From: Labilithrix sp.
GTDB lineage: Bacteria > Myxococcota_A > Polyangia > Polyangiales > Polyangiaceae
DNA length: 64,000 bases
Reading direction: 5' to 3'
NCBI GenBank assembly: GCA_026128965.1
Contig: JAHCIY010000002.1
Coordinates: 2,000,468-2,064,467, forward strand
Shown here: positions 17,708 through 26,443 of the stretch, in pieces
Position numbering within the stretch: position 1 is the first letter of the stretch
Layout of the letters: every line of letters begins with the position of its first letter
The notes under the pieces: model-generated
What the model was told of the DNA's origin: nothing
Database searches by the model: none
What the model saw: only the letters and a program-made list of their open reading frames with translations
Position numbers and translations under genes: made by a program

Positions 17708-19024
17708 ATGCTCCGTCGGTCCCTCTTCGCGTCGCTCTTCTTCGTCGGCTCTCTCTCGTTCGGCGCGGGCTGCTCCGGCAGCGAGGCGGGCGACACGCCC
17801 GAGAACAAGGACGACGACTTCGCGTCGGACCAGGCGACGCTCCTCGACTTCGAGTTCGACGGGGCGCTCACGACCGACTTCTCGTGGAACGACGAGACCA
17901 CGATCCAGTCGCAGCTCCTCTACACGGTGGGCCACCTGAACTGGGACAACTCGGTCGGCCGCCTCGACGCCCTCGAGCTGACGAACATCCAGAAGAAGAG
18001 CCTCGGTGGCGACAAGATCGAGATCTCCTACCACGCGAAGCTCCCGGTCGCGTGGGGCAGCAAGACGAACCTCCCGAAGACCTACGAGCTGAAGCTCCCG
18101 AAGGACGTGAGCCACGAAGGGCTCGAGGCGTTCGTCGACGCGCACAAGGACCGCTGCGTCGACCGCGGCGCGCACGACCTCGACGCCGGCAGCATGTGGT
18201 ACTACTACCGTCCGCAATCGGGCGGTTGCACGTTCCAGAGCGGCGAGCTCTCGACGCCGACGGCGAAGGTCACCGTCTCGAAGCTCAACACGAAGGACAA
18301 GTACCCCGAGTACCACGAGGTCTGGAAGGACGACCGCCTCGAGGTGGTGGCGATCTTCGGCAAGTACGAGGCGACGGGCGGCGCGTGGGACGCGGGCGTC
18401 CAGGCCTTCAACGGCTTCGCGCAGAAGATGAAGGAGACGCTCGGCCCGAACAAGCTGAAGACGACGCCGGCGAACGTGGGCGATCGACCGGCGCCGGAGA
18501 CGAAGGACATCACGTTCGAGGCGACGCTCCCCGACGGCAAGCAGGTGAAGGTCACCGCGCTGATGGTCGACGCGATCACGAGCGTGTGGGACGGCTTCGA
18601 CGAGCGCTACGAGGAGGTCGCCGGCAGCGCGGACGTCATCGCGTACAACGGCCACGCGGGCCTGGGCCAGAACGTCCGCGCGCTCGCGCGGATGGGCAAG
18701 TGGCAGAAGCAGAAGTACCAGATCTTCTTCATGAACGGCTGCGACACGTTCGCGTACGTCGACGGCTCCCTCGCGGAGACGCGCGCCGCGATCAACAGCG
18801 ACGACCCGAACGGCACGAAGTACATGGAGTTCGTGACGAACGCGATGCCGAGCTTCTTCCACTCGATGGCGGAGGCGAGCACGACCATCATCACGAGCCT
18901 CCTCGACTACCGTTCGCCGAAGACCTACGAGCAGATGTTCAAGGGCATCGACCGCGCCGAGGTCGTCCTCGTCACGGGCGAGGAGGACAACGTCTTCAAG
19001 CCAGGCATGAAGATCGGCCGCTGA
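17708..19024 (+). CDS. hypothetical lipoprotein
   Basis: MLRRSLFASLFFVGSLSFGAGCSG signal plus lipobox beginning at the ATG at 17708. The ORF track start at 17591 would add a 39-aa N-terminal extension. Confidence 0.55.
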   Translation: MLRRSLFASLFFVGSLSFGAGCSGSEAGDTPENKDDDFASDQATLLDFEFDGALTTDFSWNDETTIQSQLLYTVGHLNWDNSVGRLDALELTNIQKKSLGGDKIEISYHAKLPVAWGSKTNLPKTYELKLPKDVSHEGLEAFVDAHKDRCVDRGAHDLDAGSMWYYYRPQSGGCTFQSGELSTPTAKVTVSKLNTKDKYPEYHEVWKDDRLEVVAIFGKYEATGGAWDAGVQAFNGFAQKMKETLGPNKLKTTPANVGDRPAPETKDITFEATLPDGKQVKVTALMVDAITSVWDGFDERYEEVAGSADVIAYNGHAGLGQNVRALARMGKWQKQKYQIFFMNGCDTFAYVDGSLAETRAAINSDDPNGTKYMEFVTNAMPSFFHSMAEASTTIITSLLDYRSPKTYEQMFKGIDRAEVVLVTGEEDNVFKPGMKIGR

Positions 19025-19096
19025 CGCGCCGACGGCCGCACGCTCCGGAGGGAGCGGCGGCCGTTCGTACGTCAGGCCAAGGAAGCGAGGGCGCGC

Positions 19097-19465
19097 TCAC
19101 TTCTTCTTGTGGTGCTTGCCCTTACCGTGCCCGCCGGCGCGAAGCTCCTTCGAGATCTGCCGTACGGCCTTGGCCTCGTCTTTCGTGACGGTCCCATCCG
19201 CCGTCGCCTTGGCGACCTCGGCGTTGACCTTGGCGACCCCGGCATCGAACTTGGCGCGAAGCGCCTTCGCGTCGTCCGCCGACAGCTTCGACGCCCGCTT
19301 CTCCATCCGTTCCCGCGCCTTCGCCTGCCGCGCCGTCACCTTCTGCTGAAACGCCGCCGCCGGCATCGGAAAGCTCGCCCCACCTTTGTGCTCCCCCGCC
19401 ATCGCCGGCGCCGCCGCAAGGAGGGTAGAGATCGCAAGAACCGCAGCCGTGATCGTGGAACGCAT
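19097..19465 (-). CDS. small secreted Lys/Ala-rich periplasmic protein
   Basis: The internal start MTMRSTITAAVLAISTLLAAAPAMA gives a clean signal peptide. The mature part is helical and K/A-rich. Confidence 0.45.
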   Translation of the reverse strand: MRSTITAAVLAISTLLAAAPAMAGEHKGGASFPMPAAAFQQKVTARQAKARERMEKRASKLSADDAKALRAKFDAGVAKVNAEVAKATADGTVTKDEAKAVRQISKELRAGGHGKGKHHKKK

Positions 19466-19556
19466 CGTCATCCTGTTCTTTCTGTCGAGGAAGTGGGGGC
19501 CCGTCCTGTCAGGCCTGGGAAGATAGACGGCCCTCCCAATCGCTCGATAGGTCGGT

Positions 19557-20435
19557 TTACCGTTCTTTACGGGCCGCGAAGTGCTGCGCCGCGACGATTC
19601 GGAGCTGCTGTGTCGCACGGGCCCAATCGCGCACCGCGGGCTGCAGCTCCGGCGCTTCGGTTTGGTAGGTTACAACCTGAGCTGCGATGAGATCGAGGCG
19701 CTCTTCCACTGTGAGGGTGGGCGGAAGGGGGGCGACGCCGTGTTTGCCGCGCGCATCCATACGCCCAAGCGATACGGAGAGGCTGATACGACGCCCCTCG
19801 GCCCGAGGCGAGCAAGCGCCGCCCCAGTGAAGAACATTCGCGTTCCAGACGACGGTTGTGCCTGCCGTCACCGGCACGGCGCGCACGGAGGCCAGCGGCG
19901 CGTCCGTCGAGTCGAGGGCGTTCGGGTAGTGCGGATCTTCGTCGAGCGGGACCACATGCATACACGCGCGCTCTGCGGTGACGTCGGAGAGCGCCGTCCA
20001 CGCCGTGAGCAGCTCGGGCGCTTCGCGGTCGAGGAGGACCGAGCCGCCTCCGCGATGCGGCTTCCAACCACGCTCCCCCGGCGCGATCGACCAGGCCCAG
20101 GCGTCTTCGAGGAGCTCGTACGTATGGCCGAGAAGGAGGCTCACGGTACGTTCGATCTCGCGGGCATGGCGCCACACGTCGTCGAGCATGAAGACGAACA
20201 CCGGCGGCCACCGCGCGGCATGCAAAGTCTCCATCGCGCGGCACAGGCTACGCGCTCGCGCGCTCGTGAGCGCGCCGGCAATGACGGCATATCCCTCGGT
20301 TCTCAGCCACGTCAGCTCCTGCGTGTCCGCGGCCGGGCAGGCGTCGTCGGCTCCTGTTCCGTCCATCAGCTCCGTGAACGCCGCTGCGAGCTCACGGGGG
20401 GAGCGAAGAAGCTCGGGCGCGAGCGAACGCATCAT
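19557..20435 (-). CDS. PhyH-family Fe(II)/2-oxoglutarate-dependent oxygenase-like protein, divergent from the lasso precursor gene
   Basis: The core LTAWTALSDVTAERACMHVVPL matches the PhyH w.alDd.t.enG.l.v.pg motif. The C-terminal GTTVVWNANVLHWGG..SPRAEGRR matches the distal-His plus Arg 2OG-binding motif. In the first His motif, PHRGGG replaces the usual WHxD. Confidence 0.55.
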   Translation of the reverse strand: MMRSLAPELLRSPRELAAAFTELMDGTGADDACPAADTQELTWLRTEGYAVIAGALTSARARSLCRAMETLHAARWPPVFVFMLDDVWRHAREIERTVSLLLGHTYELLEDAWAWSIAPGERGWKPHRGGGSVLLDREAPELLTAWTALSDVTAERACMHVVPLDEDPHYPNALDSTDAPLASVRAVPVTAGTTVVWNANVLHWGGACSPRAEGRRISLSVSLGRMDARGKHGVAPLPPTLTVEERLDLIAAQVVTYQTEAPELQPAVRDWARATQQLRIVAAQHFAARKER

Positions 20436-20527
20436 CGGAAGATAGCGAGGCTGGTCGCCTGGTTGCTACCCAGTGGGCGTTGAGCTACAAGCTTGGTGAA
20501 TGAGATGCGAGCCGCTCGCATCTGGAG

Positions 20528-20722
20528 ATGGAGATGAGCGCCGAACCGAAGGCCCCGAGCGAGATCGAGACGCCATCCGCGGCGTCAGCGAGGGAGCGTC
20601 GTCCCTACCATCCTCCGAAGCTTCGTTGTCTGGGTTCTGTTCGAGACCTCACTTATGGAACCGGCGAGATGTTCCCCGACTTCTCGGGTGGTCCGGCTGG
20701 GGCCATGGCCGCGCCGATGTGA
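20528..20722 (+). CDS. lasso peptide precursor (A); predicted core GTGEMFPDFSGGPAGAMAAPM
   Basis: The leader ...PYHPPKLRCLGSVRDLTY places Y-17, P-14, L-12, G-8 and T-2 relative to core Gly1, which is the YxxPxLx3Gx5Tx RRE-recognition motif. The core has Gly1 and Asp8. Its stop is coupled (ATGTGA) to the start of the next gene. An alternative ATG at 20534 follows GGAG. Confidence 0.6.
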   Translation: MEMSAEPKAPSEIETPSAASARERRPYHPPKLRCLGSVRDLTYGTGEMFPDFSGGPAGAMAAPM

Positions 20723-22110
20723 CCGAGGCGCCGTACCTCGTCTTCTCCAGCCGCCTCTGTCGCAGCGAGCGCCTCACGGACGTCGTCCGCGGCGGTATGA
20801 TCCCGCCGAATCCGGACGTGTATGCGGCCTACGCGAGGTGGTCGCTTCTCGTCGACCATGAAGCGACGCCGTATCGCGGCGTCGTGTCGACGCTCGTCGA
20901 GTCGAACGGGGCGCCGTCGAATGCAGAGCCAGACGTTCCGGTGCCCGCCGATGAAGAAAGCGCGGCACGCGCGCTGCGCCAGAGCCTCGAGGCGGCGGTT
21001 CAGGCGTCGATGGGCGATGCGCGCCGGGTCGCGGTGTCCACCGGCGGCGGTCTCGACTCCGGCGTTCTCCTTGCGCTCGCCGTGCACGTCGCGCGGAGAG
21101 CGAAGAAGGAGGTCGTCGCCGTCGCGCTCGACTTCGGCGGCGCTGGCGATGATCGACCTTACCTCGCGGATCTCGAGCGCGAGCTCTCTTGCGAAGTCGT
21201 GCGCGTTCCGCCCGAGCGCGGTGCCGACCACGTTGCGTTGCTCGACGGCGTCGACGCAGCGCCCTTCTATTGCCCGACAGGGCCGATGGAAGCGGCCGTG
21301 ATGGAGCACGCCCGTGCCGCCGGCGCGGAGCGTGTGCTGACGGGAGCCGGCGGGGATCAGCTCTTCGACGGGCGCGCGACCGATCTGGCAAGCTTCCTCC
21401 GTCGCGGTCACGTCCTCGAGGGGATTCGGCGGGCGCAAACGCTTCGTGGCTTCGAGCAGCCACGCTCTCCGATCGTTACCTGGCTCGTGCGCCCGCTCCT
21501 CGCGAGCCTCCTTCCGCCTTCGATCCGAGCTCGCCGCGCGGGACGGTCGAGCGGTTTCGTCCCGGCGTGGGCAGGCCCCGCGCTCGAGGACCTGGAGGCG
21601 AGGCGGCGCCGTCAGACGACGGCCATGCTGGAGAAGTGCCTTCCCGATCTACGGCCATTCGAGGATCGGATCTTCGTCGCGCAACGTGTTCAGTTCGCGT
21701 GGCTTCGTCATCAACAGACGCTGACGAGCGGCATTCGTAGAGTCGACCCGTTCCTGCGCCCAGACCTCGTGCAACGGGTCCGCTCCCTCCCGCGCGAATG
21801 GCTCCTCCATGGCGGCATTCGACGAGGTCTCTTGCGCGCCGCCGTCCGCGATCTGATCCCGGCCTCGTTGGCTCGTCGTGAGGACAAGGCCTCCGTCGAG
21901 CCTGCGCTCGTCCGTTTCCTCCGCGCCATCGGAGGGCGCGCGGCGCTGCGACCATATGCGTCCGTCGACGTGCTCGCTTCGCTCGGTGTCGTCGACCGCG
22001 CTCGCTTCGCCGCGGCCTACGAGGCCTTCGTCGACCAACCCGCGCATCCGGCTGGATGGCTCGGCGCGTGGTGTGTCCTCGCGCTCGAGCGCTTCGCGAG
22101 GACCGCGTGA
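20719..22110 (+). CDS. asparagine-synthetase-like lasso cyclase (C)
   Basis: SGGLDS PP-loop (VSTGGGLDSGVLLALA) and a C-terminal asparagine-synthase-type domain. The GTG start overlaps the precursor stop. The N-terminal GATase-like region is short. Confidence 0.7.
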   Translation: MTEAPYLVFSSRLCRSERLTDVVRGGMIPPNPDVYAAYARWSLLVDHEATPYRGVVSTLVESNGAPSNAEPDVPVPADEESAARALRQSLEAAVQASMGDARRVAVSTGGGLDSGVLLALAVHVARRAKKEVVAVALDFGGAGDDRPYLADLERELSCEVVRVPPERGADHVALLDGVDAAPFYCPTGPMEAAVMEHARAAGAERVLTGAGGDQLFDGRATDLASFLRRGHVLEGIRRAQTLRGFEQPRSPIVTWLVRPLLASLLPPSIRARRAGRSSGFVPAWAGPALEDLEARRRRQTTAMLEKCLPDLRPFEDRIFVAQRVQFAWLRHQQTLTSGIRRVDPFLRPDLVQRVRSLPREWLLHGGIRRGLLRAAVRDLIPASLARREDKASVEPALVRFLRAIGGRAALRPYASVDVLASLGVVDRARFAAAYEAFVDQPAHPAGWLGAWCVLALERFARTA

Positions 22111-22910
22111 GCGTGCGGTGGTTGGCTCATCACGAAGTCGACGGAGCGCTCGCCTTCCGCATAGGAGCGACCGGATCCGACGGGCTCGTGGCCGAGTGGA
22201 TGGGGATCGGCCGACTCGTCTCCGATCGGGCGGGGTGCAACGCGCGCTTCGAACCCGAGCCGGGGGCTTCGCCGGAGCTGCTGGCGAAGGTCGAACGTGG
22301 CGGTGCCGCGATGCTGCTCCGTCATCTCTCCGGCGGCCTTGCGCTGCACGGCGCGTGCGTCGCGATCGGTCGACGCTCGGTCCTCCTGACCGGCCAGAGC
22401 GGAGCGGGCAAATCCACGCTCGCGGCCTGGCTCGTCGCGCGCACGTCCGACGCGGAGCTCGTGAGCGACGATCTCACGCCCCTCGAGCTCGACGAACGAG
22501 GGTGGGCTGCGCTTCCTCTGGAGCGCGATCATTGGCTCGACGCGGTCGCGGTTGAGGCGCTCGGGAGCGCGTCGATGGAGTCCGCGAACAAGCGGCCGTT
22601 TCCGGCGCCCCGTTCGGCGCGCGGGGCGACACACCTCGCCGCCATCGTCTCGCTCGAGTTCGCCGACGCCGACGCGCCGATCTTGTCGACCGTGAGCGGC
22701 GTCGAGGGACTCCACATCCTCTTGAAGCAATCGGTCCGCTTCGCGATCGACGAGCCTGAGCGACATCGTCGCGAGCTGGACGTGCTCGTCGCGCTCGCCT
22801 CGGACGTCGCCATCCTCCGTCTCTCGCGACGCCGGGACCTCTCGGCACTGAGTCACGCCGGCGAAAGGCTTGAGACGTGGCTGCGAACGGGTAGGGTCGA
22901 TCAGCCATGA
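22107..22910 (+). CDS. HPr kinase/phosphorylase-like protein (lasso peptide kinase candidate)
   Basis: GQSGAGKST P-loop followed by LVSDD, as in the HprK C-terminal domain. The GTG start overlaps the stop of the C gene. An alternative ATG lies at 22056. Confidence 0.7.
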   Translation: MSVRWLAHHEVDGALAFRIGATGSDGLVAEWMGIGRLVSDRAGCNARFEPEPGASPELLAKVERGGAAMLLRHLSGGLALHGACVAIGRRSVLLTGQSGAGKSTLAAWLVARTSDAELVSDDLTPLELDERGWAALPLERDHWLDAVAVEALGSASMESANKRPFPAPRSARGATHLAAIVSLEFADADAPILSTVSGVEGLHILLKQSVRFAIDEPERHRRELDVLVALASDVAILRLSRRRDLSALSHAGERLETWLRTGRVDQP

Positions 22911-23197
22911 ACGTGCCCGAGACCATCGACGCCGCGACCTCGGTAGAGGCATCGGACAACGTGTACGCGAGGCGTTTCGGCGACGAGCTGATCCTCCTTC
23001 ATTTCGGGCGTGGTGAGTACTACGGGCTCGACCCCGTCGGTGCGTGCATATGGGAACGCTGCGCTGCCGGTGAGACGCTTGGCGACATAGCGCGCGAGGT
23101 CGTGCGATCGTTCGACGTCGACTACCGGCAGGCGCTCGCGGACGTCGTGGCGCTCGTGGGCGAGCTGCGAACGGCAGGATTGGTCAAGGAGCGTTGA
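22907..23197 (+). CDS. PqqD-like RiPP recognition element protein (lasso B1)
   Basis: 96 aa with ELILLHFGRGEYYGLDPVGACIWE..GETLGDIA...VDYRQALADVVALVGELRTAGLV, which is typical of PqqD/RRE. ATGA overlap with the kinase stop. Confidence 0.75.
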   Translation: MNVPETIDAATSVEASDNVYARRFGDELILLHFGRGEYYGLDPVGACIWERCAAGETLGDIAREVVRSFDVDYRQALADVVALVGELRTAGLVKER

Positions 23198-23243
23198 TGC
23201 CACGGGATGTCGCGCTCGACATGGTTTCTGGTATATAGCTCTC

Positions 23244-24266
23244 ATGAAGTCCCTTCGCTTGATCATCGGGGCGTCCGTTGCGCTCTCCGCGAGCATGGCT
23301 CTGCTCGTCGCTTGCGGCGATGACGCAGGCCTCGTCCTCGACGTCGTAGACTCCGGTACCGACGGAACGGTAGCGGACGTGAACCGTCCAGACGCGGTGG
23401 GCGATGTCGACGTGCCCGACGTCGACGTGCCCGACGCCGACACGCCCGACGTCGACGTGCCCGACGCGGACGCGGGAGTGGACGACGGCGGGCCGACGTT
23501 CTTCGATGCGGCGACGTTCGATGCGGGTCCCGACGCCGGGTTCGTGCCTGACTCGGGGGGAGCCGCGGTCCAGCTCGGGGAGGTCTTCTGCAGTACCGTC
23601 GCGCGTTGCTGCTTCGGCGACGCCACCCTCCAGCAGGGAGCTCCGCTTCCGGGCGGCGGCACCTACAACCGCCAAAAGTGCCTGAACAACTACGCGAACA
23701 ACGGGTTCGAGCAAGCGAGCAACGGCTCGGCGGTGAATCCGAACCACGTCATCGTCAGTCAGACCAACAGCGCGGACTGCGCGCAAAAGCTCGAGGCGCT
23801 GACCTGCAACGTCGGGTTCGACGAGTTCAAGGCGGTCCGAGCTGCCTGCTATGGTGCGCTCCTCGGCACTCAAGGGCCGGAGCAATCGTGCTCCGTCAGC
23901 GCCGAGTGCCAAGCCGGTCTCTTCTGCAACAACCCGACGAACGGCAACGATACGGGTAAGTGCGAGCTCGTTCGCGCGACGGGCGCGAACTGCGGCGACT
24001 TCACGACCAACGCCAATACCTCTCAGCACGCCTGCTCGTATCGCTACAGCGGTGACCCGCCTCGCTACTGCGAGTGGTTTGACTTTACCGAGCTCAAGGC
24101 GCTCCCTCCCGCGGAGTGGAAGTGCAGGGACGCGAAGCCGAACGGCTCCGACTGCGTCTCTTCGGCCTGGTGCTCGGCCGGTATCTGCAACTTCGACACA
24201 GCGAAGTGCGAGACTCCGACGACGTACTTTACCACGGACGACTGCTCCCAATACCGGACGCCCTAG
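23244..24266 (+). CDS. Cys-rich lipoprotein with a DVDVPD-repeat linker
   Basis: Lipobox LLVACGDD, a VDVPDVDVPDADTPDVDVPDAD repeat and about 20 Cys in the C-terminal domain. It is inserted between lasso B1 and the nucleotidyltransferase gene. Confidence 0.55.
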   Translation: MKSLRLIIGASVALSASMALLVACGDDAGLVLDVVDSGTDGTVADVNRPDAVGDVDVPDVDVPDADTPDVDVPDADAGVDDGGPTFFDAATFDAGPDAGFVPDSGGAAVQLGEVFCSTVARCCFGDATLQQGAPLPGGGTYNRQKCLNNYANNGFEQASNGSAVNPNHVIVSQTNSADCAQKLEALTCNVGFDEFKAVRAACYGALLGTQGPEQSCSVSAECQAGLFCNNPTNGNDTGKCELVRATGANCGDFTTNANTSQHACSYRYSGDPPRYCEWFDFTELKALPPAEWKCRDAKPNGSDCVSSAWCSAGICNFDTAKCETPTTYFTTDDCSQYRTP

Positions 24267-24278
24267 ATCGCGCGGGTC

Positions 24279-25286
24279 ATGCGAGAGCCTCTGGCGCGAG
24301 CGGACGAGGCGCTCGTGAGAGTTCTGCGCGGCGACGTGCCGGCCTGGCTCGACGACGTCCACGCTCTCTTCGTCCGCGCGGAGGTGCATGGTCTTGCGGG
24401 GGTCGTGGACGCGAAGCTGCGAGGACGGCCCGAGCTCGACGAGTCGCTCCGCGACGTTCGGCTTCGCGAGCTGGCACGGGCGCTCGACCACGCAGCTCAT
24501 CTCGATCTCCTCCACCGTATCGATCACGCGTTGGTGAGCGCGGGCATCGGCGCGATCGCGCTGAAGGGCGCCCTCCTGGCCGAGAGGCTGTATGCCACGC
24601 CGTCGTCTCGGGTAACGAGTGACGTCGACCTCCTGGTCGCCGAAGCCGACACTCTTGCTGCGATCGAAGCGCTGTCCACGATCGGGTACTCGCACGACGA
24701 CAACGAGACCGAGCGGCGCTATCGGCGCGAGCATCACCACCTCCACCTCTCGCATGCGGCGTCGCTTCCGCTCGAGCTCCACTTCCACGCGTATCGTGGT
24801 TTTGGCTCGACGTTGCGGAGCGAGCCGCTTCTGCGCCGGAAGGAGCGTGTTCGCGATTTCGAGGCTATCGGCGTGCTGTCCGCCTCGGACGAGCTCGCTT
24901 ACCTTGCCGTGCACGCGGCCGCTCATCGGTTTGGGCGCATCGCCTGGCTCTACGAGCTCGCCCTCCTCGTTGGCCGAATGTCGGGCGAGGAGGTCGCCCT
25001 CGCAGCTCGTCACGCGGCCGATGCCGGGTATCGCCGGGTGGTCGGCTTCGCGGCGGATCTCCTCGTCGACGTGTTGGGAGTCGATCCTGCGCGCGTCGCG
25101 CCTCTGCGACGACTCGGGAGCTCACGAGGGCGTGTTGCTCGTGCCCTCGTGCGCGAACCCGCGCATCCGCGTATGCGCTCGCTGTCACGCTTCGTCTATT
25201 CGCTCGCGCTCTGCGACGATCCCGCCTCGACTGTGCGCTACGCGAGACGAGCGGTGCTCGGATACATCACCGCGCGTAGCGCATGA
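24279..25286 (+). CDS. PF14907-type (NTP_transf_5) nucleotidyltransferase-family protein
   Basis: GIGAIALKGALLAERLY....SDVDLLV motif and a C-terminal helical domain. This family is commonly linked to lasso/HPrK-type clusters. Confidence 0.65.
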   Translation: MREPLARADEALVRVLRGDVPAWLDDVHALFVRAEVHGLAGVVDAKLRGRPELDESLRDVRLRELARALDHAAHLDLLHRIDHALVSAGIGAIALKGALLAERLYATPSSRVTSDVDLLVAEADTLAAIEALSTIGYSHDDNETERRYRREHHHLHLSHAASLPLELHFHAYRGFGSTLRSEPLLRRKERVRDFEAIGVLSASDELAYLAVHAAAHRFGRIAWLYELALLVGRMSGEEVALAARHAADAGYRRVVGFAADLLVDVLGVDPARVAPLRRLGSSRGRVARALVREPAHPRMRSLSRFVYSLALCDDPASTVRYARRAVLGYITARSA

Positions 25287-26436
25287 CGAGCTCGCGCACC
25301 TGCCGCGCGAGCGAGGCGCGCGGGTGTTTCGGGAACGCTGCCGCCGTCCGCTCCTCGATGTCGTGGAGAGATGCGGTGCCATCCATCGCGGAGAGGACGA
25401 ACGACGCGAGCGCCGCGCGCGGGCCACGCTCGGGGGCGAAGGACGAGGACGCCTTGCGCAACGTCTCGATCCCGACAGGCATACCGAAGAAGCTGGCCTG
25501 ACGGAGCGCGATCTCCTTGCGGTCGACGTCGGTCGCGCTGACGTTCCAGGCCCATTGCACCGCTTGCTCGTCGACACGGAGCGTCACTTCGATCCGAGCA
25601 CCGCGCGCGACGCGGATCGGGCGGAGGAGCGGCAAGACGGTGCGTGGGTACGCCATCGTCGTTCCCGGGCGGTTCTCGTACTCGATGTCATCGTCGACGC
25701 GGGCCTTGAACCAGACGACGAGGCCGTGCATCTCGGCGTCGCGCGTGGCCTCGAGCGCCACCGTGCCCGCGATGACGCCTCCTTGCCATGACCCATAGTC
25801 GACCGCACCCCAGGACGTGGAGGTGGTCACGACGTCGCTCGCGGTCACCTGCAAGAGATCGCGTTCGGAGTGCCGGGTATTGAGGGTCGAGAAGAGCGCG
25901 GCCTCGCCGCGAAAGCCGAGGCGCTCGAAGCTCTGGGCCGTCAGCGAGAGACGATGCTGGAGCTCGAAGGACTCGAAACCGGCCACGAAGAACTCGTCGG
26001 CGACGGGGAACATCACGCCTCCGGGGCGCAGGAAGCGCGCGCGTGCGTCGCGTACGATCTCCGCGTGCTGGTCGTGCAACGCGAAGGCGCCGCGCAAGTC
26101 GGATACTACGACGTCGGCCTTCTCCGAGAGCTCGACGTCGAACGAGCTCGCGGCGTGAACGTGGATCTTCGACGCGAGCCCGTTCTCGGCCGCCAGGTCG
26201 CGAAGGAGATGGACTGCAGGATTGATCTCGATCGCATGAACGGCGCGCGCGCCGAGGCGCGCCGCGATTAGCGCCGCGATGCCTGTACCGGATCCGATGT
26301 CGACGACGACGGAGTCTGCGGTCACACGTCGCGACAGGGCGCGAGCGTAGGCGTCCATCCGGACACCGTCCCGCATCATCGCGGCATAGCTCAAGACCGA
26401 ATACATCGCTCGAGTAGACCAGAATGGTCCTAGCAT
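25267..26436 (-). CDS. class I SAM-dependent methyltransferase (PRMT-like fold)
   Basis: SAM-binding motif VVVDIGSGTGIAALIAARLGARAVHAIE, a post-I acidic residue and THW-like beta-barrel C-terminal region. An alternative start at M11 is possible. Confidence 0.7.
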   Translation of the reverse strand: MLGPFWSTRAMYSVLSYAAMMRDGVRMDAYARALSRRVTADSVVVDIGSGTGIAALIAARLGARAVHAIEINPAVHLLRDLAAENGLASKIHVHAASSFDVELSEKADVVVSDLRGAFALHDQHAEIVRDARARFLRPGGVMFPVADEFFVAGFESFELQHRLSLTAQSFERLGFRGEAALFSTLNTRHSERDLLQVTASDVVTTSTSWGAVDYGSWQGGVIAGTVALEATRDAEMHGLVVWFKARVDDDIEYENRPGTTMAYPRTVLPLLRPIRVARGARIEVTLRVDEQAVQWAWNVSATDVDRKEIALRQASFFGMPVGIETLRKASSSFAPERGPRAALASFVLSAMDGTASLHDIEERTAAAFPKHPRASLARQVRELVMRYAR

Positions 26437-26443
26437 CGCGAGG

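Noticed and set aside
19557-20435. This ORF as the missing lasso B2 protease
   Set aside because: A loose resemblance (SLCRAM...WRHA) to the transglutaminase core is outweighed by clear PhyH-type motifs. It is kept only as a remote alternative.
20500-20718. N-terminal extension of the cyclase ORF (MRCEPLASGDGDERR...) overlapping the precursor
   Set aside because: Poorer GC3 than the precursor frame. The precursor frame carries the full lasso leader motif, and the GTG at 20719 gives a coupled start.
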